Shown piece after piece: positions 56,632 through 64,000 of a stretch of 64,000 bases of DNA. Each line of letters begins with the position of its first letter. Within the stretch, counting starts at the first letter, position 1. The notes under the pieces are model-generated. The model was not told the DNA's origin and did no database searches. It saw only the letters and a program-made list of their open reading frames with translations. The stretch lies in NCBI GenBank assembly GCA_038883775.1, contig JAVZLM010000008.1, positions 32,001 to 96,000 of the forward strand, given 5' to 3'. This stretch comes from Candidatus Bathyarchaeia archaeon (GTDB lineage: Archaea > Thermoproteota > Bathyarchaeia > Bathyarchaeales > Bathycorpusculaceae). Both the position numbers and the translations under genes were made by a program.

Positions 56632-57069
56632 TCAGGTAACTTTTTGGATGGTGTAAATTCGGTTAAGGTAACGAAAGTCATAAAGTATTAGTTTTTTATT
56701 TTTTCTCTCCCAGTTCAAGAAGAAAACTATTTTTGTTACATAGGTTGTAGGAACCGCTGGAAGAAGAAAACTAACCATCGGCACTCCCACTGATGGGCCG
56801 TAATTGAAGAGCAGAAAAACTAAGCAAAACACCGTGGGCATGCCAACGAGTAAAGTCAACATCAAAGTTTTAAGAGTAGTCTTGAATTCGCCATTAATTT
56901 CAAGACTACAACTTTGCCTCCATGCAATCAGAATTCCTAAACCCGAACCAAAAACTACTCCAAGACAGCTAAGGATGATATTAAAATTAACGATTGTTGA
57001 ATCAAAAAAGCATATTAAAGCCCATAGCAAAAACAGGACACCATCAAAGAACACCGCTCTCGGTTTCAA
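56632..57069 (-). CDS. Hypothetical membrane protein
   Basis: Four hydrophobic helices. Confidence 0.6.
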   Translation of the reverse strand: MKPRAVFFDGVLFLLWALICFFDSTIVNFNIILSCLGVVFGSGLGILIAWRQSCSLEINGEFKTTLKTLMLTLLVGMPTVFCLVFLLFNYGPSVGVPMVSFLLPAVPTTYVTKIVFFLNWERKNKKLILYDFRYLNRIYTIQKVT

Positions 57070-57234
57070 CTCTCGAATCCCATAAATAATTGAAACAGAA
57101 TGAGCCTATTAAATTTTCCACTTCATCAGAAAACTTCACTTAATAAAGGTTATCAGTATCTTAAGGAGGGCTTGTTTTATGTGATTATTCTGTTAATGAT
57201 GATTAAAAGAGCAAGTTTCCGTGTCTTGCAACTT

Positions 57235-58170
57235 TTAAAACTTGCGAATGCAACCAATCAGTTTCTCAGCATTATCAAATCTTTCTGAAAGGTCAAATTC
57301 CAAGTAGGCACCATACGCATTAAAGTATGGTGCGCCTTTCCGTGAGAAAAGCGTTAAAATCATGCCTTCATGGTCTATTTTGAAGCCTTCATGGCATGGC
57401 TCATGTCCCCTAATAAGAAATTTCACATTAAACCTTTCAAGAATTTCCCTGGTTACTTTTTTGCCAAAGAGTTTTCCAGCTCCTCTTGGCGAGGCGCATG
57501 ATTCGCTTATCCAATCGTTTGGGTCGTTCCAGAGTATTTCTTCAAGAAAGGGTTTTTCGGGGTGGTTTTTGTGGGCGTAAGCCAAATCCAACAGGGTTTT
57601 GGCTGTTGTTGGTAAGCCTCCGTGAATCATTAAGCAGCGTTCTTCAACAAAAACTGTAGTGTATAAGCAGCTGAACAGCTCGCGAATTTTTGTGTAGGCT
57701 TCCCTCCATTTCTCGCCAAATTTCATCTGAAACTCTAAAGGCAAATCATGCGGCGACGCAAGAAGGTCTTCTGGACCTTCATGGTTTCCACGCATCAAAA
57801 CCACCTGCGATGGGAAAAGAAGCTTCAACTTTAAGACCGTGTGGTAAATTTCTTTTGAGTATTCTCCTCTGTCGCCATAATCCCCCAAAAAAATTAGAAG
57901 TGCATCGGGGTTTTGGTTCATTTTTTGCAGAAAACCGCTTTGTTGAAAGATTTGGATTAGACTTTCTAAATCGCCATGTAAATCGCCAATTATTAAGACT
58001 TCACCTTGAGGTTTTACGCTTACAAGCCTTCCAATGATATTTAAGTTTCCCATTTTCCCATTTTCTTTTGAAAGCATTTGCGTGGCATCTTCAACCAATT
58101 TTACAAAGTCATCGCATTGAATTTCCAAGGCTTCTTTAACAATTTCTGAAAAGTTTGCTTGCAAAATCAA
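57235..58170 (-). CDS. PPP-family Ser/Thr protein phosphatase
   Basis: GDLHG, GDYGDRG, RGNHE, HGG, LWNDP, IRGHE. Confidence 0.92.
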   Translation of the reverse strand: MILQANFSEIVKEALEIQCDDFVKLVEDATQMLSKENGKMGNLNIIGRLVSVKPQGEVLIIGDLHGDLESLIQIFQQSGFLQKMNQNPDALLIFLGDYGDRGEYSKEIYHTVLKLKLLFPSQVVLMRGNHEGPEDLLASPHDLPLEFQMKFGEKWREAYTKIRELFSCLYTTVFVEERCLMIHGGLPTTAKTLLDLAYAHKNHPEKPFLEEILWNDPNDWISESCASPRGAGKLFGKKVTREILERFNVKFLIRGHEPCHEGFKIDHEGMILTLFSRKGAPYFNAYGAYLEFDLSERFDNAEKLIGCIRKF

Positions 58171-58178
58171 TCCTCAAA

Positions 58179-59459
58179 TTATTCAATGTGAACCTTTTTA
58201 CCAGCAAAATCCAAAATGTTCTTCTCTATTTGATTTTTGTGACTCTGAATTTTTTCCATTGCGGCATTAATTGTTTGTTCTAGAACGCTTTCTTCAGATT
58301 CTAAAGCTCGCTTTTTCTGCTCAAGCCTATCAAGATTTTCTTGAAGCTTTACCAAGCCACTTCTAGTTTCGGCTACTTCCGCAGATGCAGAAAGCTGCCT
58401 TTTCTGAAGAACAATATCCATACATTTTTGGTGCAAATCCATTAGAGAATTCTTGTTAAGAATGTTGTTTATGGCTTGCTCAGCCTTTCGCATCTTATCC
58501 GGTTTCAGCTTAAGCTTACCACCAGCCATTGCTTGGGCTAACTTTTGGAGAATTTGCCTCAAAAGTGGATAGCCAGCCTCTTCTGTGGAAAAAGCTTCCA
58601 TTGGATTTTCCAGATATTGATTTAGTTTGTTAACTTCTTCTGGGGTTAAACCGCTCTCTTCACCATGAAGCGCTAAGGATTGAAGTTTTATGAAGGGCTT
58701 TTGAAGATGCTGCAAATCCCGCTTTAATTCACTGTTAAGGGCTTCTATTTCCAAATCTAATTGGCTTAGCTGACTTATTCCTCCTTTGCTCTTTAATTCA
58801 GCCATTCTTTTTTGAGTTTCAGAAATTTCCTCCTCAACCGAAGCCTTTTCAGCCTCTACATTTTTCTTCTGGTCACCTAATTTTACAAGTTCTTTTTCCA
58901 AAGCTTGGAGTTTTTCAATAAGCTGGAAAGTTTCCTCCAAGGTTTTGGTTTTAACATACTCCTTTGTTAGGAAATCGTTAAGTTCCTTAAGCGACGCTTT
59001 CGCCCTCTCAAAGACCGTTAGGAATTTTCTTCTGTCAAGAATAAAGAAGGGTGAAATTCTCGGAAACCAGTTTCTAATATCAACTTCTGTCACCAAAAAC
59101 GCCCTTTGAGTTTCTTGAACAAAATCGCGAATACCATCATAAGAAACCTTCTCTGGAACTTCAATCTGCCGCATTCTATCCAGAAACAAACGCGAAAGCT
59201 TGTTTAGGGCTCTGGCTCTCCCATAAGTTTTCATATTCCTTTTCTCAATCTCTTTACTACTATTATCTAGGAGCATCTTGCTCGAATCCGCAAGGCTTTC
59301 AATGGATTTACGCATTTCATCAAGCAGTTTTTGAGCCTTAGCATGGACGGGAACAAAAATTGAGCCTGTCTCCTTTTCAAGCCAACCCCTAACTTCGCTG
59401 GAGGAGAATTTTAAAGCGTCAGACACGGAGTTTCCCAATAGAAGATACTCATAAGCCAT
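58179..59459 (-). CDS. Long coiled-coil hypothetical protein
   Basis: Heptad-rich, 426 aa. Confidence 0.7.
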   Translation of the reverse strand: MAYEYLLLGNSVSDALKFSSSEVRGWLEKETGSIFVPVHAKAQKLLDEMRKSIESLADSSKMLLDNSSKEIEKRNMKTYGRARALNKLSRLFLDRMRQIEVPEKVSYDGIRDFVQETQRAFLVTEVDIRNWFPRISPFFILDRRKFLTVFERAKASLKELNDFLTKEYVKTKTLEETFQLIEKLQALEKELVKLGDQKKNVEAEKASVEEEISETQKRMAELKSKGGISQLSQLDLEIEALNSELKRDLQHLQKPFIKLQSLALHGEESGLTPEEVNKLNQYLENPMEAFSTEEAGYPLLRQILQKLAQAMAGGKLKLKPDKMRKAEQAINNILNKNSLMDLHQKCMDIVLQKRQLSASAEVAETRSGLVKLQENLDRLEQKKRALESEESVLEQTINAAMEKIQSHKNQIEKNILDFAGKKVHIE

Positions 59460-59517
59460 ATTTATTTTTCGAAAACTGACACTCTTTTTTGAGTAGAAAC
59501 TTATATATGAGTAACAA

Positions 59518-60183
59518 ATGAATGCAATACCGCTGGTGAAATGGGTGAGTTATGCAAAAAATGCAAGACAAATAGTTTTCGTCGCAATGATGGCAGCACT
59601 TGGAAATGTCATGTTCATTATATCTCAGACAATTTTTAAAACAACCCAAATAGCACTAGACCTTTCCCACATTGGAACTTTGATTGCCGCTGTTTATGGC
59701 GGTCCATGGATAGGACTATTAACAGGTTTAATTGTAGGAATAGGTCCAGGTTTATACTTTGGATATTTGGGGGGAAGCTTGGGTTTGCTTGGAGTTATAG
59801 GTTTGCCGCTCGGAAAGGCTTTAACTGGTTTAACGGTAGGCTATTTAACGCGATTTTTAAAGTCAGCTTGTGTGAAATATCCATCTTGGAAGGTAACTTT
59901 TGCAACTTTGGTGGGTTATCTACCTGAATGCATATTTACGTTGTTTTACTTTGAGGGCTTAGTGGTTATTTTGCTTCCAGAGGTCGCCGCAAATTTCATT
60001 ATGTGGTTTGGTTCAATGCATGCTCTTGTGCTTTCGATATTGGCAAAGGCTTGGGTTGAGATGATTCTTCTCGGGGTTTTCATGGGTGCCCTTGTCGGAA
60101 ACAATGGTTTTAACGATTTTGTGAACAAAGTCTTCACAAACCAGTCGTTATTACAGAAACTTGAAACAAACAAAAATAGTTAA
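59518..60183 (+). CDS. ECF-type transporter S component
   Basis: AMMAAL...DLSHIGTLIAAVYGGPWIG pattern; ~6 TM. Confidence 0.7.
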   Translation: MNAIPLVKWVSYAKNARQIVFVAMMAALGNVMFIISQTIFKTTQIALDLSHIGTLIAAVYGGPWIGLLTGLIVGIGPGLYFGYLGGSLGLLGVIGLPLGKALTGLTVGYLTRFLKSACVKYPSWKVTFATLVGYLPECIFTLFYFEGLVVILLPEVAANFIMWFGSMHALVLSILAKAWVEMILLGVFMGALVGNNGFNDFVNKVFTNQSLLQKLETNKNS

Positions 60184-61142
60184 AAACCTAAAGATTTCGC
60201 CAGTATTTCAATGTTAATTTCTCCAGCTTTAAATGAGCTGCCAGTTTTCACATTATTGATTGTTATGACTGCTGGTGCGAAGAGGTTTGGGTCTATTTTG
60301 TAAAAGTCATAGTTTGCTTCTTTGAAAATTTCTATGAAGGGTTTGCCATAATTTTTAGACGCCTTAGACGGCGCCTTCTCCACAATTTTTTTCAACGCTT
60401 CTTCATCTTCATGTTCAACTATGAAGTAGGTGATTCCGCCGTAGAGGATTGCATCGTTTGTTCTTGCCATTGCCCTTGTGAATTTCGGATGGATTGGTGG
60501 GATTGGGGCGCATCCGCAAGCGTACAATATTGTTTTTGGGTTTAATCCTAACTTTCTGAGTTTGTGGATTCCGGTCTCAACTATTCTCCCCGAAACTTGT
60601 ATGGCACCACTTATGCTGGCTGTAGGCGTCAAAATCACAGCCAAATTTTCAAGTGAAATTTTGCAATCTTTCGCGAATCTTTCTAAGAGTTTTTCTGGTG
60701 GTGGCTTATCTGTTTCTAGAACTATGATTCCCTTGTCAAAATCATCCTTATACCCAATTTCTTCGTATATCTCCTTAGGCTTTAGGGCTAAGGCTCTTGC
60801 TGGTCCGGAGCCTATTGCAAAGTAATCGCCTTCCTTTATTTGCCAACCCGCATATTGCGAACCTAAAGTTGCAATGGTTGGATGGTCTGTATAAACGAAA
60901 ATTGACGGAAACTCCAGATCACCATATTGCTTATTGATTATTTCAGTTTTTCCGCAACCTCCCATGCAAATTTCCGTTATGAGTTTTCCAGCTTGAAATC
61001 CTCCATTGGCTTTTACTCCAGCATCAACAATTGTTGCGCCAGAACTTGCTTTTTCCACTTTTACGCCATAAAATTCTGCGTTATTGCAGAGTTTTTCCAA
61101 GATTTTCCATGCCAAACGGTTAACACTTAAATTTTTTTCCAT
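60180..61142 (-). CDS. mch: Methenyl-H4MPT cyclohydrolase
   Basis: EICMGG, GSQYAGW, GSGPARAL, RTNDAILYGG, FYKIDPNLFAPA. Confidence 0.95.
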   Translation of the reverse strand: MEKNLSVNRLAWKILEKLCNNAEFYGVKVEKASSGATIVDAGVKANGGFQAGKLITEICMGGCGKTEIINKQYGDLEFPSIFVYTDHPTIATLGSQYAGWQIKEGDYFAIGSGPARALALKPKEIYEEIGYKDDFDKGIIVLETDKPPPEKLLERFAKDCKISLENLAVILTPTASISGAIQVSGRIVETGIHKLRKLGLNPKTILYACGCAPIPPIHPKFTRAMARTNDAILYGGITYFIVEHEDEEALKKIVEKAPSKASKNYGKPFIEIFKEANYDFYKIDPNLFAPAVITINNVKTGSSFKAGEINIEILAKSLGF

Positions 61143-61154
61143 AATTTTTCTCCT

Positions 61155-61979
61155 TTAAAGAAGTCTTTCATAGTGGCTTAAGTGGGGATTCTTTTCTTTG
61201 GAAACATAAAGTTTGCCTTCGCCATTTTCAACGAGGTCTCCGAGGAATAGGTAGAAGGGTCCGGTAACTGTTTCGCCTTCCTCAATTTTCACTTTTTCCT
61301 TTATACTGTCAATTGTAAAGGTTGGAAGAACAGATTCTAAAGAGCCTCCAACAACTATTTTTCCGCCCTTCATGCAGGCTCCAACCCTTCCACTAGAATC
61401 TTTTTCAACAAGTATTGTTCCATCCCGCATGCGCAAACCCACGAATTGACCAGCATTCCCATAAATTTTTATTAACCCATTCTTCATGTAAGCGCCAGCC
61501 TCATTCCCGACATTTCCGTATACAACGATTTTGCCGTCACGCACGCCTTCGCTGCTTCCACGGTAAGGAGCACCTAAATAGTCGCTGGCATTTCCATGAA
61601 TTTCGATGGTTCCGCCTTTCATCATTGAGCCAGCCCATCCGCCAACATTTCCGTAAACGGTTATTTTTCCGCCTTTCATTTCTTCGCCTAAATGCATGCC
61701 AACATCGCCGTGGATTATGATTTCGCCGCTTTTCATGCTTGCGCCTATTCGTCTAACTTTGCTTATGTTGCCGTTTATGGTTATGACTTCCTTTTCCTGC
61801 GGGTTTTCTGTTCTGGTTTCTTCAACCTTGAAGAGTTCTTTAAGCGTTTTTTGTTTGTTTCCTTCCCAGATTTTTAGCTCCTCAATTTCTTTGATTGCCT
61901 TGCCATGGAAAACGTCTGGGTTTACGCATTCGGCAATTATTGGAAATTGGAAATCCTTTTTTGGAGTTAGGGTTATCAT
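61155..61979 (-). CDS. fwdC: Formylmethanofuran dehydrogenase subunit C
   Basis: GXGXG repeats (G..MKGG.I.V.GN), LGAPYRG. Confidence 0.93.
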   Translation of the reverse strand: MITLTPKKDFQFPIIAECVNPDVFHGKAIKEIEELKIWEGNKQKTLKELFKVEETRTENPQEKEVITINGNISKVRRIGASMKSGEIIIHGDVGMHLGEEMKGGKITVYGNVGGWAGSMMKGGTIEIHGNASDYLGAPYRGSSEGVRDGKIVVYGNVGNEAGAYMKNGLIKIYGNAGQFVGLRMRDGTILVEKDSSGRVGACMKGGKIVVGGSLESVLPTFTIDSIKEKVKIEEGETVTGPFYLFLGDLVENGEGKLYVSKEKNPHLSHYERLL

Positions 61980-61980
61980 T

Positions 61981-63672
61981 TTAAACCTTTGCCTCTGCAT
62001 TTATTGGCTGCGAAATTTCAAGATAGTCTTCTGTTACCGGATAATTTTCACATTCAACAGTCCAATACTCTCTAAATCTTCGCCGCATATCCTCACTTAT
62101 CTTTGCTGGTTCGGAAACTTTGACGTCAAGCCACATGGTGGCACCATCCAAATGTTTCACAATTTCCCCATTTTTGGCAACAATTTTTCCACTTTTAATC
62201 GTGTAAGCAGCCCTCTTGAAGGCTTTCCTCACAATCCGATACTTCCTTGAAGGGTCAATTGTTTCGGGGTTTAGGTTGTATATGGCTATGTCCGCATCTG
62301 CCCCCACGCCCAAGTGTCCCTTATTTTTTAGCCCTAAGGCTCTTGCTTGTCCAGCCCGCGTCATTATGGCAATTTCCTTAAAAGTTAATTCTCGGTGTAT
62401 GGATGGGAGAAGGCTTCTACTTCCTGCTCTTGGATTAATCTTTTTTAGGGTTGCTTCTCTGGCTTTTCTGCTCATAAGCCATGCAATAATTCTTGGATAA
62501 GCCGTGAAGGGGCCGCCGTTTGGGTGGTCTGTGGTTAAGAAAATTTTCCATGGGTCTTTTATTAGGAGGGCTAGTTCTAAGCCTATGGACCATTGGATGG
62601 CGTGGACATAGCTTTTTCGGCGGTAGTGGAAGGGCACTATGCCAGCGCTTGTTTCTGTTTCCACATCATGATTAACCCATTTGTTTCCGCTTAACTCGTA
62701 AAGCGTATACTGGAAGGGACCGTCAGCCGTCATGGTTGTCGTGTCTGTAAAAATAACTTGTCCCATATCCAAAGTGACATGAGAATGAGCATTGACATAA
62801 TTGGCAATTTCCTCCGCCCCCGATTCTAGCGTTCTCCAATCACTGCCCTTGAAGGCTGAAAACTGGCAGTGCGTTATGTGAATTGCAGGCTTATTTTCAG
62901 TGGCTAAATCCTCAACACATTTCATGGTTTCCAAAGCCGTTAGATAGTTTCCAGGCTTTCCAAGATTGTTTGTGTGAACGTGAATTGTGTGGGGCAAATT
63001 TAGAAGTCTATTCACTTTGCAGAGCCCACGAAGGATTTCGCGAGGTGTTATGCAGAAATATGGGATTTGGTCGTCGAGGCTTTTGACGTTGCTGCCGAAA
63101 CCCCAAGCTTCTAGACCGCCTGGATTAACAATTTTTATGGCATAGCCCTTCGTTGAAGTTATTATCCAAGCCACATGTTTTGCGCACTCCTCAATTTTTC
63201 CAGCGCTTAAATATTCAAGCACAAACCACCAGTCGCCCAACAGTGGATAACTAGCCTTATCTACCAGTGGCGTGTCGCTTAACTCTTCATGCGTATGTTT
63301 AGCCTCAAGCGGAGGCATTGAAGGATTCATTATCGTTGTATAGCCCATTCGTGCATAACGATAACCAGTGGTGAATGTTGATGGAATCGAATAGCCAACC
63401 CCAGACCTTGTTACGGCTGTTTTAGGCTCAAAATCCCTAAAATGATCTTCTGGTCTTAAGAGCCTACCACTGTTCACTTCGGAACCAGCAATGTGACAGT
63501 GAATGTCCACGCCGCCTGACATAACCATCATACCGGAAGCGTCTATTTTTCTTGCTTTGCGCTCGTTAACCTTTTCAACAATTTTTCCATTCTTGACGGG
63601 TATGTCCATTTTTTCGCCGTCAACGCCATTAATGGGGTCGTAAACAAAGCCATTCCTTATTAAAAGCTCCAT
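61981..63672 (-). CDS. fwdA: Formylmethanofuran dehydrogenase subunit A
   Basis: DIHCH, KIVNPGG, HVHTNNLG, TTDHPNGGPF. Confidence 0.95.
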   Translation of the reverse strand: MELLIRNGFVYDPINGVDGEKMDIPVKNGKIVEKVNERKARKIDASGMMVMSGGVDIHCHIAGSEVNSGRLLRPEDHFRDFEPKTAVTRSGVGYSIPSTFTTGYRYARMGYTTIMNPSMPPLEAKHTHEELSDTPLVDKASYPLLGDWWFVLEYLSAGKIEECAKHVAWIITSTKGYAIKIVNPGGLEAWGFGSNVKSLDDQIPYFCITPREILRGLCKVNRLLNLPHTIHVHTNNLGKPGNYLTALETMKCVEDLATENKPAIHITHCQFSAFKGSDWRTLESGAEEIANYVNAHSHVTLDMGQVIFTDTTTMTADGPFQYTLYELSGNKWVNHDVETETSAGIVPFHYRRKSYVHAIQWSIGLELALLIKDPWKIFLTTDHPNGGPFTAYPRIIAWLMSRKAREATLKKINPRAGSRSLLPSIHRELTFKEIAIMTRAGQARALGLKNKGHLGVGADADIAIYNLNPETIDPSRKYRIVRKAFKRAAYTIKSGKIVAKNGEIVKHLDGATMWLDVKVSEPAKISEDMRRRFREYWTVECENYPVTEDYLEISQPINAEAKV

Positions 63673-64000
63673 TTAGGATGCCTCCGCCCTTCTCTTCTTT
63701 ATTCTCCTAACTTCTGCAAGGATTCTCCTCAAAATTTCCTCGTCTGAAAGTACTCCCCTAGGCGGGTCAACAACCTTCTTAAGCGGAAGCGGAACATGAT
63801 CCATACGATAGGCTGTTCCGCCAGCCTCGATGCCAACAAAAGCCGAAGGCAAAACAACATCAGCCATTTGGGCTGTTACGTTCATGTGAGGGTCTATAAC
63901 TATCAAGGGATTCTTGACTAAGTGTTCGGCCGCTGCCTTTGGAAAGTTTGCAACAGGGTCTGAAGCTATTATTAGGGCTGCGTCTGATTCTTTACGCAAG
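63673..64000 (-). CDS. fwdB: Formylmethanofuran dehydrogenase subunit B, C-terminal part (5' end beyond window)
   Basis: IASDP, IDPH, GIEAGGTAYRMD. Confidence 0.9.
   Translation of the reverse strand, partial: LRKESDAALIIASDPVANFPKAAAEHLVKNPLIVIDPHMNVTAQMADVVLPSAFVGIEAGGTAYRMDHVPLPLKKVVDPPRGVLSDEEILRRILAEVRRIKKRRAEAS

Overview
Archaeal chromosomal window, most consistent with Bathyarchaeia. This is an inference from the EF-2 paralog, fwdABC/mch/MptN-like H4MPT genes, CdvA-like gene, Sm, RIO2 and intron-containing tRNAs. Most of it is housekeeping, transport and cofactor genes, with four tRNAs and a TPP riboswitch ahead of cytX-thiDN-thiW. Three accessory regions stand out. (1) The main find is a ~5.5 kb element at 32763-38235 with a solo Cas1 (no cas2, no CRISPR array, no PolB), a small AEP primase-like ORF and a divergent RHH/wHTH regulator pair. 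It ends in telomere-like (CCCAAA)3 / (TTTGGG)4 inverted repeats and is flanked by a 13-bp palindromic direct repeat ATAAAAGTTTTAT, so it looks like a polymerase-less, primase-carrying casposon-like transposon. (2) A 2.9 kb element is integrated in tRNA-Gly through an SSV1-type split integrase. It carries an AbrB-like gene, a nuclease-like gene broken by an in-frame TGA, and ~750 bp of tandem long hairpins with interspersed direct repeats. (3) A 12-19.4 kb island holds a direct-repeat-flanked RelE toxin-antitoxin pair, two PD-(D/E)XK-like nucleases and a NurA-HerA pair. All protein calls are motif recognition by eye; no searches were run.
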